Positions 36,540 through 50,599 of a DNA stretch of 64,000 nucleotides are shown here, in pieces (positions within the stretch are counted from its first letter, which is position 1; each line of letters starts with the position of its first letter). The notes under the pieces are model-generated. The model saw only the letters and a list, made by a program, of their open reading frames with translations, ran no database searches and was not told where the DNA came from. The position numbers and the translations under genes were made by a program. Source of the stretch: Lama guanicoe (Eukaryota); NCBI GenBank assembly GCA_013239625.1, contig MU053934.1:10765003-10829002 (forward strand), in the 5' to 3' direction.

Positions 36540-39500
36540 TTCATTGCTCCTGACTTCTGCAAAGCGGTTCATTGAATCTTTAACCACACAGCATAATCAA
36601 TAGATATCCTCATTTCAGCCCTTGTACATGGGAGAGTTTCAGAGCAAGAAAGAGAAATGAGAGATGAACGGGAATGAAGAATGAGATTTCTGGACCATGG
36701 GGCATTTATATACTGAATTTCCCTGATAACTGTCAAATTGTTTGTGGCTATGTCTGGATTGCCACGGAAAGTTCTGGCTCCCCACTTCCTTGCTATCAGC
36801 TGGATAACATCTTCCTTTTCCCGAGGTCTTGTTTTTTGGTAATTTCAGTATCTGTTCACTTTTTTCTTAGCCATTCGGTTTTGCCTCCATAGGAATCGTC
36901 TGCCACATTCTTTGCCAATATTTCTGTTAGTTTCCTTGGATTTTTTCCTTGTGGATTTTCAGAGGAACCTCGTACATTCAAGTTGATACCCCATCATCAG
37001 TTTTAGATGTTATGAATGACTTCTCTCAGTATTTCATTTGTCTGCATTCTTTGTCTAGGGTGTCATTTTTGAAAGAAAATCTAATTTTGGGGCCCTCTCT
37101 TTCTGTCACCTGGAGATCTGTGCTTTCTGAGTCTTCACTAAGACTCCATCCACATAGAAAGATCACAAACTCAGTCCCGCCATTTTCTCCCACTAGTTGT
37201 ACGTTTTCCATTCAGTGTCTTTGACTCTGTACAGAGTTTCCCTGTGAACACGTAGGAAGTAGACATCTAGCTGTGCTTTTCCCCAACTTCTTTTTCAAAC
37301 ACTGTATATAAAACAATCCATTCTTCCCCCGCTGGTCTGTGGTGATGTGGACATGGACACCCGTGTACATTTGAGAAGATCGTATCGTTGGTGTGAAAGG
37401 TTCCACCCGGCACGCACAGTGGCAGGATTTATAGCTTTATCATAGTCCCAGGTCCCACAGCTACTGGCAGACACGTTTCTGCGTTCTGTTGTCCTCTGTG
37501 CCGACCTCCATGTCCTTGCCATGGTCCCCATACTGTTAGTGGCTTTACACTGGCTTTGGAGATTGCCACTGTACCTCGCAGGATAATACCCCCACATCTA
37601 TGCTTCCTTTTCAAAATCTACTTAGTTATTTGTAGATGTTCATTCTCCCATGTTGATTTTAGAATAAATGTGTTGACTTTATTTAAAAATTATCACTTTG
37701 ATTGAGGTTGCATTAAAGTTTTAGTGGAAGGAGAAAAAATTCAGCTTTATAACGGTAAACTGCCTCATCTTTGATCAAAGTTTTTCTCTCCATTTACTGA
37801 AGTCTTATTTTATGCCATTTAATAGAGCAATTTTTTCTGAAAAAAATCATGTGCATTCCTTTTAGAATAATACTTTTCAATGGCAATCAGTACTGTGAAT
37901 TAAATCTCCTTGTCTATTGTATTATTAGGTAATTGCTTCTGATGCAGAAGAATGGTATTCATGTAAGTAAATTCGTCTGCAACCTTGTTGAATTCTCATA
38001 ATAATTTCAATAGTGTTAATTTTTGGTCTTTGTTTCCAGCAGATATTTAATAGTTTATACTTTTGGTGTGAGTTTGCAACATAAATTAGGATTGAACTTT
38101 ATCATATTGTTTTCAAGTATTTATTAATAAAACTATGTGCTTTTTTCCTCTACTAGTTAATTATTATGGTATATTACCTTAGTAGATTTGTCTGTTACCA
38201 GGATAAATCCTTTCAATTATGTCATGTTAATTTTGACATACTTTTGAAGTCTGTTAGCTAATACACGTGTAAGCCTAGAGATTTATATTCAACCTCATTA
38301 ATCTACCTATGAAAGCATCTTAAGATTTTACCTTTCTTTTTTGATACTTTCACTTTCTGAAAGAATAGTGTTAAAATATTCAATTATAATTGTTGATAAA
38401 ATTTATTTTTCCAAAATTTTTCACTGTTTTTATATATTTTAAAACTATATTATTGAATTCATATATGTTCATGATTATTTTAAAATCTTGATCAATTTTT
38501 ATTGTTACTATGTCTAGTATCTCTTTTCCTTGGAATGCATTTAATTTTATATACCCTGTACCTCATGTTACCCTGGCTTTTTATCAGGTTTAAGTATTTC
38601 TGTATCATTTGGTTTTGTGTGTTTCTTTTAGACAAGTTATTAGATCATGTTTATTCCCTCCATTCTGATTGTCTTTTATTTCCAGAAATTTTAGCCCATT
38701 TAAATTTATTGTAATAGCAGTCCTAGTTGCACTTATTTTAGCAACCTCATTTCCTATTTTAAGAATTTTACTGTATTATCTCTCATGTTTTTATACTTTA
38801 ACATTCTTTTTATTGTTGGTTAGAATTTCATAGTTTGTACATACCAATCCTTGTTTATTCATTCATCAGAGGCTGATCATTTGAATTATTTTCAGTTTTC
38901 AGCAGTTAGGAATTAAGATGCCACAAACCTTCACATACCAATCTTTGTGGAGACGTATGTTTTTCTTTCTCTTGCGTAAATACTTTGGAATGAAACTGAT
39001 GTCAGTGTTTACCAAAGTGGTTGTACTGCTTGCATTTTCACCCAAAACGTATGAAAGTTTCAATTGCTCCAGATCTTTGGCAGCATTTTGTCTGCCTGTT
39101 TCTCTAGTTTTAGCCATTCTATTTAGGTTTTTTGCACTATGTTTCTGTGGTTTTAATGCACCTTTCCCTAATGACTAATAATACTGACCTTTCAATATGT
39201 CTACTTGCTGTATTTATCTCTTCTTTGGTGAAATGTCTGTTTGTATATTTTGTACATTTCTAAATTAGGTTTTATTATTTCTTATTTTTTTGAGTTCTAA
39301 GTATCCTTTATATATTATAGATGCAGGTCTTTGATCAGATATATGTTTTATAAATATATTCTCCCAGTCTATGACTTGTCCTTTCATTCTCTTAATAGAA
39401 TTTATTTTTTAGGAACAAAAATTTATTTAATTTTTAATATTTTATTTCAGACTTCATGCTTTTGTGTCTCATGTGAAAAAAGGAAACAGAAAATTGCCTT

Positions 39501-40270
39501 CTCTAAATTTGTAAAGATGTTCTCTGTTTTCTTCCAGAAATTTTCTTCTCAAAGTTTTAATTTGTTCATTTTTTAGGGTTGTTTTGGCTATTCTTTGTTA
39601 TTTATATTTCTGTGAATTTTAGAGTCAGTTTGCTAATTTCTGAAAGAAAAAAAGTCAGATTTTGATTGGAACTGTGTTCATTCTATGTATCAGTTTTGGG
39701 GATAATTTGCATCTTTGTTTTAAGATGTCTTTCAGTCAAGGAACATGGGATTTTTCACTTACTTAGTTAATTTTTATTTCTCTCATCAGCGTCTCTTTGC
39801 TTATAGCATACACATCTTGGCCATACTTTGTTAGATTTACCCCTAAGTATTTCATGTTATTTGACCCTATTTAAAGGAATATTTTGTACATTAAACAAGT
39901 ATAGTGAAACTGACTAAATTTAATTATTAGTAAAAGCAGCTTTAACTTTGAATCATACTTGTGTTTTCCTCTACTGTGTTTGTGTACATAGAGTATATTT
40001 ATAATAGTTTTTAAAATATCCTATATTGCTGATTCCATTATCTATATTATTCCTGGTTGCTTCCATTGGCTTATATTTTTTCTCTCTCAGCTTGAGCTCA
40101 TATTGTCTTACTTCATTGCATGCCTGGTGATTTTTGACTGGATTATGGAGATTGCAATGTTAAGTTGTTGGGCGCTAGATTTTGTTGTTTCCTCATCTAT
40201 TGTTACGATTTGTGCTGAGTTGCTGTCAAGCTCCGTGGTATCTATTTCACAGTTTTAAATATTTGATTTA
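36540..40270 (-). mobile_element. Cluster of old antisense L1 (L1ME/L1M) fragments
   Basis: T-rich sequence with L1 antisense motifs 'ctttggtgaaatgtctg', 'tttgattggaactgtg' and 'tttgttagatttacccctaagtatttc'. Confidence 0.75.
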
Positions 40271-40339
40271 AGCTTTTTTAAGGTGTGGGTAAGTACGCTG
40301 TGGTACCGTCCTCCCCACAGATACGACGATGCTGTGGAA

Positions 40340-41290
40340 GGCACAGCCTCGATGACAATCTAATGGGCCAGGAATATACTCACTGTACATTGTTATGTGA
40401 AAACAAAAAGCGAAGGTTACATGATTGTACACCAGGTGATCTCAATACTCCTGATTTTTAACTGTGTCTCTAGACAATAAAGTTTAGGAAAATACAAGGG
40501 TTTTGGTCATTAAACACATTTTTTTTAACTTTCTCTGTTTTGACTTTTTTTCTCAATGTATGGATATTACGTGTTTCTAGAAAAGGTTAGTACTATTAAT
40601 AATAAGAAATGCTTGGACCTACTCTAACAGCTAAGTAAAATGACAGACAACACCAAGTGTTGACAAGGGTGCAGCACACGTGGAATTCATGTGTAGTGCC
40701 GGTGGTTGTGTAAACTGACACAAATGTTTTTAAACCAGTGTATCATTGTTCCATTTATTCTGTTTTTAAAAGCACCTTTATTGTGGTCTGGTTCCTGTAC
40801 AGTGAACTACACATATTTCAGGTGTATAATTTGATGAATTTCAGTAGGTGCACACACCCATGAAACCACCATCACAGTCAAGACAGCTAACATTTCCATT
40901 ACTCCCCAAGGGTGACACAAACATTTATAGACCGTTTAATGCTAGTCACTAAAGCCCCACGTACACCTGTGAGCCAGCAGCTACATTTCTAGGAACATAT
41001 TCAAAAGGAAAAATACTTGCAGTGGTGCACCAAAGCCATGAGCAAGTATGTGTGAGGATATCAGAATGTCCCCAAAAGCTAACAACCCAGCAGTCGAGTG
41101 GACAAAAAGTTACAGCGTATCCATGCAATGGAAAACCACACAGGAAAAGGAGCAGGGGAACTGCCAGGACACAGAACAATGGGGTGAAACTTACAAACAT
41201 CATGCAGCACAAGGAACGTGCACAAAGTACAAGTCAGGACGAAACAAATCCATCACGTTTGAAGTCAGGATCATGGTTACCTTTGGCGAC
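40340..41290 (+). mobile_element. Old L1ME-like 3' fragments with a nested antisense L1 3' end (~40770-40910)
   Basis: 'gacaacaccaagtgttgacaaggg' and 'gaagtcaggatcatggttacctttgg'. Nested piece 'ccatgaaaccaccatcacagtcaag'. Confidence 0.6.
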
Positions 41291-41299
41291 CAGAATCAG

Positions 41300-41420
41300 A
41301 CACCTGCTGACAGTGTTCTGTGCACACCCAGAGCCAAACCTGGGATGGCGAAAAAAAAGATTAATAAATATCTGTTAAATAAATGATGGATGGGTGGATG
41401 AATGGATGGTAGATAGATGA
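41300..41420 (+). mobile_element. L2 3' end with (ATGG)n-like tail
   Basis: 'aataaatatctgttaaataaatgatggatgggtggatgaatggatgg'. Confidence 0.6.
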
Positions 41421-42189
41421 CATGGCCTTGTAGCTCAAAACTGGTTTTCTGTGTCTCTGATCAACTCTGCCTTCACTACGTACCAGTGAGATGCCAGGAT
41501 TCTCATCTCTTCCTGGCTATATTGAAATAACTGTCTTACAGTTGAATCCCATCTGATACAGCTGTGCTCCCATTTGCACCAGCCTGGACTCAGGGGAATA
41601 TTCCTAAAATAACACCAGCAATAGTCATCTTCTCCTCCTTGCTCATCGCTTTACTTGTGGGACTGTGTCTTCCACTTTAATGCAAAATACGCCAAGACGG
41701 AACACCCAGCAAACGAGTTACGATGGAAGGGAACCCAGAAGACAATAGTCTTCTCCATAATGCAATGCAAACAAGTAGAAAAAGACGATGTACATGGCCG
41801 CCCAGTGTGAGCCTGTGCTCGCCTGAGAGCAAAGTGGCTCAGAAGAGCTTGATAAGGAAAAGCCAGTGTGATTCTGGGCGCTCACAAGCGGCCTCCGGGA
41901 GAAAATGGCACCTGAGAGGTCTGTGTATACAGAGGCCGAGTTCATTCCCGGAGAGGCGAGGAGTAGAGCTTAAGTGGGACTGTGAGGGGATCAAAGCAAA
42001 GAGACGAGGGGGTGGCTGGGTGTGCTGCATCGCTTCCAAGAGGACCACGTCTGGGCCATTAATAACCATGGAGGTGGTTGGGACAAGGATGAGAATGCAG
42101 TTGTTTTTCTCCTAACAAGCACTTGTCAAAAAAAAAAAACAAAAAAACAGAAAAAAAGTAAAGATAAAGAAAGAAATCACAGAGAGTAG

Positions 42190-42330
42190 AATTACAGAAT
42201 GGCAGAGCTGGAAAGTGCTTTCACCATCTGGGTGTTAATTTACAGGATGGGAAACTGAGGCTGGGTGAGTTGGATGGCTTGCCCCGTGTCTGTGTGCAGA
42301 ATATACTTTTAACTCGGGGATCCTGACACA
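42190..42330 (-). mobile_element. MIR SINE
   Basis: 'ttttacaggatgggaaactgaggct'-type core at ~42239-42263. Confidence 0.7.
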
Positions 42331-45139
42331 GGCCAACGCTGCTGCCCGCGAGGTGAACTGGCACGTCCTTCTGAGCTACGACACTATGCAGAGTCGCTCG
42401 TCCTCCTCACAGGCCCGGGGGAGGCCACGCTGGCTGGCGCTCCGCTCAGACGGCCTCCCGTCCGTTGAGAAGCTCGCTACTCCCTTGTGCGTCTCGGGGG
42501 GCGATGCAAGCGTGAAGCATTTCCGTTGTTATCAGAGTCCAGCATGGCCCGACCTCTGTCCGCAGCTTGGGGTGTAGATTGGCATCTTTCACAGGATGTG
42601 TTCTTACCAACACAGAGACACTCCTGGGAGCACCGGCTGGCCAAAGGCATGGGGTGGAGAGAGAGCACAGGGCTGGGCTCTGGAGTCCCGGGACTTGGTC
42701 CTCGGCTGGTGGGACCCCAGACCTGCCTCTTCCTCTCTTCGTTGGTTTGCCTCCAGGTGAGGCTCAGACCACCTGGTTCTCATCACCTCTCTTGCCCTGA
42801 CGGTTCGCTTACCTTTGGCTTTTTAGCATCCTCGCCGTCGCCCACTGGCAGATGTGCAGAGTCGGCTGGAACCTTTTGAGTGATGTTGCTAGAGCCTGAT
42901 GGAGAAGAAATGTCAGATGGCAAAGAGGCAATTAAGTTCCAAGACAACTTCAATGATTTGTGTTTCAGACTTTCGATTTATCTACACCTCAATTTGAGTC
43001 CATTTCCACTAACGCCAACGACTGCCCGATACAAAGCCACTGAAGGGAAGCCTCTAGGAGCCTGATAGGGGAGCAGGTAGTCGGTGCAGGCGGGAGCAGC
43101 CTCCATTTATTCCACCCAATAGATCTCAACGATGGCAAAATATCATTAGAAATGCACTTAAGCATCGAGCTTCGTATCGATCAGCTGCAGGGTTACGGGA
43201 GACGTCGAACTTCAAGAGCACAAGAACTCAAGACGAACCCGATTTTTTCCCTGATGGATTATTAAGAAAGGCACTTCCTTAATATGATTTTCCAGACAGT
43301 TGGGTCAGTGGTGTCAACCCTTTCCCAAGTTTTGAATGATGACTCAGGCTTGGGAGTTTGGATTAACGGATGGGGCAAACAGCGGCACCCCCTCCAGTGG
43401 ATCACATGGAAGTACCCAAGGTGACCCAAAGGCAGTTACCGCACCGCTCCTCAAAGCACTTGTCCGCCTCCATCTAGGACTTAGAATCTTACTTTTTTTA
43501 AAAGTGTCAGTGCATCATCAAAAATTTATTTTATGTAATGAAAGTCGGCCTGCTGAGGTCGTCTGAGAAATGCTTTTCTGTCCAAGATGCTGGAGGAGAT
43601 GGAGAAATCAGGGGGAAGCTGGAAGGACGTTCTCACGTCAGGATGCACGATGCGGAGGAGGCCAGCCTGGAGCATTTCTTTTGTCCTCCTTGCTTCCCCA
43701 GCCCAGTGGTGCATCCGTCAAGCTCTGACTTGGACACCTGCTGTGGCCCCCGGGCGAATCTCCTTGCTCAGGTGCTGCCCCTCCAAATGACAGAGAGCCT
43801 CCACCGTGAAAACCTGAACCCTTCAGTTCGGCTTACATCCTCTCAGCAACCCTCAGTGTCTAACACGCGCCTGGCTTGAGGTAGGATCTCGGGATCTATT
43901 TATCGAATACATAAAGAGATCCCTGTGTTCTAAAGGACCAAGTGTGGGCACCTTCGCACAGAGTGGCTGTGCATTCTCTCGGCCACTGCCCTCTGCCCGC
44001 TTTCTGGTTCATCCCCGGGGTATCTCTCTCCCTGATGAGCGAGCCACGCTCCCATCCGTGTTCTGTGCTCCCAGCCCAGGGACGCCCTCCCTGGGCTCAG
44101 CGTGGGAGGCAGGAGTCCCTCGGTGCTTTGAAACCCGCTGGAAAGGGCCCCATTGTGCGAGGAGTGGTGCCATTAGTCTTATCACACCGCTTACCGCCCA
44201 GGTGCTCAGAAGCGTTCTAAGGCGGCTCCAGGCGGCACGGGGGAGTCCGCCTGCGCGGCCTGATAAGGGCTGTGCAGAGCCTTTGGCACCTGATTTGAGA
44301 TGCTGACAACTTAGGATCCCCCCCCCGGGCTCACACATGGCCCTTTCTAGCTGTAAGTGGTGCTCAGCATCTGGCCCTGCATCCTCCCTCTGCAGACTGG
44401 TCCTCCCACGACTCAAATCCCAGCCCAGGGCCAGGTGTAAGGGGGTCAAAACACGCTCTCTCCAGGTGGGCTGAGCAGACAAGCATCTCCATTTCTCGTG
44501 TCCCCTCACCTGGCTCTCCCGTCCCTTTTCCAGCAGCGAGGGAAAGGGGGCCGAGGGTAGGGGAAGGGGAGAGGCTTGGCAAAGAGAGTTCTCTCTCTCC
44601 CTTTGGGTCTTTTGGTTAACTTGGCTTCTTTGGTGTTAATTTTAAGTTCAAATTCCAAGCCTCTAAGGCTGTCTCCTTGTCTTTGCCCCTGGATGAAGGT
44701 GCTGTGTGAGTGGGGTGCCCTGCAGGGGCTGCAGGTGGTGTAAATGCTGCAGGTCTGCAGGTGCTCTGGGTGGTGCAGGAGGTGCCAGAGAGGCAGACGA
44801 CGTCTCCTCGTGGGTTGGGGGATGTTCTCTGCCCCAGCAGCAACTTTGGGCTGAGATTCCTCACCGTGTTTTCCCCTGATGTGGACCCTCGTTCTCAGCA
44901 CCCCACCTGCTGGAGCACCCACAGCTGCCACCCCCTGACCTGTGATCTTGGCAAGGACAACTTGGGGGGAAACCCTGACCCGGTGTCACTGTGCCCAGAG
45001 GGTCTGGCTGTGACCCACTGAGGTCTCCAGCTTGGGCGTCCACCTTACAGCCCGTGGCTGGGGGGTCGCCGTGCCCCTCGCCTGGGCTGGGGACCGCCCG
45101 GCAAGCTTGCCTCCCTCCTCCCACAGTCCCACGGGAGCT

Positions 45140-45320
45140 TCTGCTCACGCCGTTGACCGCCTGTGATACTGAGTGAGTTACTCACCCCGCCCGCACCCCA
45201 GCTTCCTCAGCTCCAAAATCAGGACAGTGCGCTCATCTGTCTTACGGGGCAGAACTGATGACTAAGTGAACCAGTGCCTATAAAATGCTGAGAGCAGCGC
45301 CAGAGCCCCGGTGATGCTCC
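45140..45320 (+). mobile_element. MIR SINE (GC-shifted)
   Basis: 'ctgtgatactgagtgagttactcacc...cagcttcctcagctccaaaatcagga'. Confidence 0.55.
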
Positions 45321-45437
45321 GTCAGGGCCGCTCTGCCGCCGCCTCCCCTCCTGCCGGAGCTCGCCGGCTCCTCCAGGCCACGCCCGCCTCCCGCCGCCAG
45401 GGAAGAGGAGTGGGACGCAGACACCCGCGCAGGGAGC

Positions 45438-46059
45438 CATGAGCTGAACTGCATTGCCCCCAGATCCGCGTGTTGAAGTCCTAATTGCAGGTTGTTCAGA
45501 ACGTAGCTTCAATTGTATGTTTTCTGTTAGTTGACGTGTGGTGGCTCCACAGGGCTGTGCTAGCATCTGGCACACAGTGACTCTGTTGCACACGCATATC
45601 CTTTTCCGTACTCTTCATCATTGCAGGTTATTACAGGTTGCTGAGTGCTGTCTCTCGTGCTGACCAGTAGGACCCTGTTGTTTACCCAGTTTGAACTGTA
45701 AATAGACTTGTTGTCGACGTCATTACCTAAGTTAATAAGAGGTCAGATGGAGCTGAAGGCTAACCCAGCATGACCGGGGAAGGGGAACCTGGACCCAGAG
45801 ACTCACACACGGGGAGGAGTGTGTGAAGATGGAGGCGGGGACTGGGGCGATGCCGTGGACGTCAGGGGTACCAGCGACTGCCAGGAAGCCGCCAGAAGCC
45901 GGGAGAAGGCAAGGACCGTATTTCTCCCTCACGCTCAGAAGGAACCAACCCTGCGGACACCTCGATCCCGGACGTCCAGCCTCCAGCCGGGGAGAGAGCA
46001 CACTCCTGCTGTGTAAGCCCCTCCACCCGCGGTCCTTTGTCACGGCAGCCCTGACAGCA

Positions 46060-46060
<1 letters not shown>
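45438..46060 (+). mobile_element. MaLR LTR (MLT1B/C-like) interrupted by an L1 fragment
   Basis: 5' 'tgttgaagtcctaa'. 3' 'ctcagaaggaaccaaccctgcggacacctcgatcccggacgtccagcctccag...ctttgtcacggcagccct'. Confidence 0.85.
45510..45695 (-). mobile_element. Short L1 3' UTR fragment nested in the MLT1
   Basis: 'aggttattacagg...cagtaggaccctgttgttta' resembles 13700-13770. Confidence 0.7.
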
Positions 46061-46093
<33 letters not shown>

Positions 46094-46098
46094 ATACA
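46061..46098. repeat. (CA)n microsatellite
   Basis: About 15 uninterrupted CA units seen directly. Confidence 0.97.
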
Positions 46099-46249
46099 CT
46101 CTCGTTCTAATTTCAGTGATACCTGAGATGTACTGAATAAATATTGGATTTCATTACCATTGCTGCTCCCCAAACTGCCTTTCTGTGGACTTTGGCTGTG
46201 CGGTCGTGGAACTTAGACGGAGCCCAGCCTGCATCTGCACCTACTGAGT

Positions 46250-47200
46250 TCTAAGCGTCCTCACTGGCTGCGTCCACTCGGCGCATGTTTACTGCCCGTC
46301 CGCCTGTGCTCAGCCCAGAACCAAGTGCCGGGGGTCGACACAGAGCCAGCCCGCGCTGCCCAGTGCTCCAGGGCAGCTGCAAGCTGGACTCCAGGTCCCC
46401 GTCGAACAAATCTCTCCTGCCTTCCCCTCCCGCCGCCCGCGCACCTCCAGCCCATCCTTAGTGGGTCTCCCTGAGCTCATCTCACGGTCGCCTCTCCTGC
46501 CGGACCGCCAGTCTCAGGACCGCAGCCTCTGGGCCACTCAGACCAGTGCTCCCTCCACCAGCCCTCATGCAGGGGCACAGGAATGGCCGGTGCCCCCGCC
46601 GGGCTTCCCGCCGGCAGCCGCCCGCCCGGATGAACGGGCGCTCTGTCTGAGGCGTGATCCCGAAGACCTGCTGCTCGCACAAGTGGCCGGCAGTCGCGAG
46701 CGCTCGGTGGCCGTCTGCTGCATTTAATGGAATCGGATTTCCGAGGAGCCGGACGTTTCCTCCGTGAAACACCCAACGCGCCCCGAGCGCGTCAGCGATG
46801 CGCAGCAGCCGTCGCTCCGAGTCGCGGCCAAAGGCAGCCTCGGGCTGTCACGAAGCCAAAGTGGGAGCGAGTCTTTCCCGAGAAGCAATTTGGATGTTGT
46901 CATGAGCGTGGCGCGCGGGGGGAGGATCCTGTTTAACATCAAGAGTGGAAGACCCTCCGCTCCTCTTGGCAAAGCCACGGTCCTCAGGGTTCTCTGGGCA
47001 AATCTCAGGACACCAAGGCTGAGAGAGCGATGCCCTGACCGCTGGACACAAGCCCTGAGGTAACCGTTTCCCTGAAGGTGCTTCCTGCCCGGCTGGGAGC
47101 CCGTGCTGGGCGGGGCCCTCGTGCTGTGGCGCCAGGGGCGAAGCGGTCGTGCCTCTGTCAGGCTCACCTCTGCCTTCAGCCCTGGTGTCAGCGCCCCTCC
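46250..47200. promoter_or_regulatory. CpG-island-like segment
   Basis: High CpG density over ~1 kb of unique sequence. Donor-like gag|gtaacc at ~47060. Confidence 0.5.
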
Positions 47201-47291
47201 TACAAGTGCCAGTCTCCACGTGTGAACAGTAAAGCAGCTCGTGGTCCACGCTGACTCCTGTGTCCTGGACGTCTCCCGTGTGTCTGTAAGA

Positions 47292-47414
47292 GTAGGGTTT
47301 CCAGATAAAATGGAGGCTACCTGGTTAAATCTGAATTTCAGAAAAGCAACAGATACTTTCCCGGCATAAGCACTGCCCGCGTACTGTCCTCCCTTGGCTG
47401 GCTCTGGGCACCCT
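47292..47414 (+). mobile_element. MER53-like hAT MITE remnant
   Basis: 'tagggtttccagataaaat...ggttaaatctgaatttcagaaaagcaac' and terminal 'ctgggcaccctg'. Confidence 0.65.
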
Positions 47415-50400
47415 GAGAGGCGCAATGTGCTGTGTCGATGAGAGCGCTGTCTCTGGACAATCGCGTTGGGCAAACAATGGGACAGTTACTGAGCCCTTCT
47501 CCGTCCATCGGGCTGGCCTGTCCCCACCAGCCCTTTAAACTTGCAAAAGTGACAATTTCTGTAAGCCACGGACAGCGCTATTGTGAGAGTTAGCTGGGGT
47601 GCGAGGAGGGTGCAGATGCCTACGCAACACGCTAGTTCCTGTGTGTTTCATGTGTCTGCCCAGCCTCCCTCCCTCCCCCCTCCTCCCTTCCTTCCACCCA
47701 GCTGCCCACCCGTTATTCATTATTGGCTTCCAGCTAAGTGACAGGCACTGTTGCAAGGTGCTGAATGGATTCAGGTCCTCGTGTGAAAGTCCTGTGATAA
47801 TTCTGTAATGACAGCAAAAATAATGAGAAATGACGCTCACACGGCTGATGGTGGCTGGCCCATTCTCTCTACTGGCTGGGACGACTCCCAGGTGTCTCTT
47901 CTCCAGAGGATTTCCTTCCCAGCAGGAGAGCAGGGGGAGCCTCACCTTTCCACCTCCTGTTCCTTCGTGTGAACCTCTGCCAAAGCCTGGGCGACACGGG
48001 ACATGAAATGCCAGACCCTGACCTCAAGGGGGGGTGGACTCGAGTTCAGCTGCTGTGCAGCGCTGACTTCTGGGGCCACGCTGCTGGTCAGCTCTCTGCC
48101 CAGCATCTTCCTGGCCCCCAGCCCCACCCCACCCCACCCCTTCCAGCCCCGTCCTGCCCTCCGAGCCCCGTCCCACCCCCACCAGCTCCATCCTGCACCC
48201 TGAGCCCCCTCCTGCCTCCCTCGGTCCTGTTCCTGCTCCTGCTAAGCCCCGTCCTGGCCGCCAGCCCCACTCAAGAAAAACCCCTCCACTCAACAAAGCC
48301 TAGAAGGAGAAGTGCCAGGCTCTGCTTCTATGGAACAGCACCTAAAACCACTTCTCATTTTCTGGGTTCTCAAAGCATCATGTCTTCCTTATCCTGTTTG
48401 CATTCAAGAAGTATTTAAACTTGTTTGGATGAATATTGCAGAAAAATAGAAACCTTGTAGGAAATTCGTCCTTTCTTTTTATGGATGAGGGAAAGAAGTA
48501 AATATCAACAAATAATAATAAAAGTTGTTAATCATTTTAATAAAAAAAATTTCGGTCAGGTCCTGAATTGAAGTTGGTGGGTGAGACTCTGTACGGTAAA
48601 ATGATAATGCATTTGACTGACCCCTCATGAAACGTTTTAAAGTTCAAAAAAAAGCAGTGGGCAAGAGAGATGCATCGCTCTCCAGTTTCGTGAGTAAGGT
48701 ACCTGGACTCGAGCAGTCACAGCGTCTGCGGGTCAGCTGAGGCCGGAACAGGAGCCAAGGGGACGTCTCTTTCTCGGCGCCTTCGCCAGCCCCGCGGGGC
48801 TTCATCCAGGAATCCATTTAATTTGCAGTCCATGCTCCTCCTCTAAGGAGTGTTTTACCACCAGTCACCCCGCCCTGGGTGGCTTCAGAGCTAGACAATG
48901 GGCCCCAGGGACAGGATCCATTGAAATACAGGCTTTACTCAGCTAATGTGTTTGAGACATAAATTGTTCTTATCTCCAGCCATTCTCTAAAAGGCTAAGA
49001 AAAAAAATCTGCATTTGTCTGCGGGACAAAGGGTGAGAGCTCAGAACCCACAGTGGATGTGGAGAGAGAAAGAACACCTTCCCGACCACCAGTCCCGCAG
49101 GAGAATGAGGGATGTACGCCGCCCGCCCTGCAGGGAAGCCCAGCCTCCTGCCCCGGGGGCCTGCAGGGAAGTGGAGGAGTGAAGTCCCAGCCAGAGTCCA
49201 GCTGGTGAAGCAGCGGGGGCCTCCCACGGGCAGGCCTGGGATGTGTGCAGCAGGGTCACTGCTCAGCTGGGGGCCTGGGTCAGGACACTCACTCCCTGAC
49301 CCCCACCCCACCTGTTTCCTCTTCTAAATTTGCTTTCCATTTGTGGTTAATCAAATTTCTATTAATTATATTAAAATAAAAGATAGCTCCCCAGTGTCTC
49401 TTGCCATATTTCAAGTGTCCATCATCAAGTGAATAAACAAAACCAGATTTAGTGAAGAGTGACTATCCCACAGGACCGTGGCTGGTGTGGGTGAGGGAGG
49501 GGACTGTCCCCGTGGGGGGTGGAAGGACTCTCTCGCAGGAGGGGGACATCCTGATCGTCAAGTCTGCAAGGGTGTTCATCTTTCGTAAGGGGACACAGAC
49601 AAGTCTAGAAAGAGCTGGTGTGTGTGGAAGGGCAGTGTGGTCTGGTCACAGTGCAGGGAAGGTTTTGTCAAGAGGCCAGCCTGGTCCCAAGGGGGAGCGC
49701 ACGCTGGCTGGGCTGAGGGTGGCCAGAGTTCAGGCCCAGGAGGGGAAAGTCTTAACCAGCATTTGGTTAAAAAGTGTCCTGTTCCAGGGGCTCGCTGGGA
49801 ACTAGGCTGTCAGTGAATCCTGAAGGCTCAGAATGGGAGCCGGGAGGGCCCGTGCCTGGCCGTGCCCTGGGAGAACCACGGGGCATCCGGGAGTCTCGTC
49901 CAAGTCACCAGGGGGAGGGCAGCTCTTGCAGTAAGCTGTTTCCCAGAACACGAGAGTGTGGGGATCTCTTTCTCCAGGGGCACAGGACTCAGGGGAAAGG
50001 CGGCAGCCGGAGTCTGCTGTGATGGAGGCGGAGCTAAGAGAAGGCCCCGACTGCTGTGGGAGCTTCTCTGGGCAGCGCTGTCCTGTAAACAGAAAACAGC
50101 CACGTCTTCCTTTCAGCTTTGCCGTGAGACAGGACGCCCAGCGGATTCCCGGCCCAGGGCCGACGCCCAACCAGCCCAGAGACGCTGTGTCCTGTCTCAC
50201 CAGCTGCGGTTAGCCGCGGAGCTCTTCCAGCCTGTGTCAAGTTTCCTGGACCCCTGCCAGGGTGCCAGACGCCGCTGCAGAGCAGCCTCCCGGGCTGGGG
50301 CCTCCTCCCTCGTCACTGGCTGGGAATGACTAGTGTCCACAAACCTGCGGTCCCCCCAGTGTTTCCTTTCCCTCCTGCTTGGTTGGTCACGTGGGGTGTG

Positions 50401-50599
50401 GATTCCGTCCTGGAGGCCACGGTCCCCCCAGCAGCCTCTGCAGGTCCGGGCTCCAGGCGAGCCTCCACCAGCATCACTGGGACTGAGCTCTTGAACTGGG
50501 AGCTTCACTGGTGGCACCGAGGGCTCTCCCAGACACTGTGGTGAGACTGCCCAGACTGCAGCCTGGCTCCCACCCGTGCCAGGCTGTATCCTCAGAGCC

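Noticed and set aside
45277..45286. TATA box cctataaaa upstream of a GC-rich stretch
   Set aside because: It lies within a decayed MIR and has no other support.
46461..47473. ORFs in the second CpG-rich segment (up to 249 aa)
   Set aside because: No recognisable protein, and the longest one reads through a MER53-like transposon.
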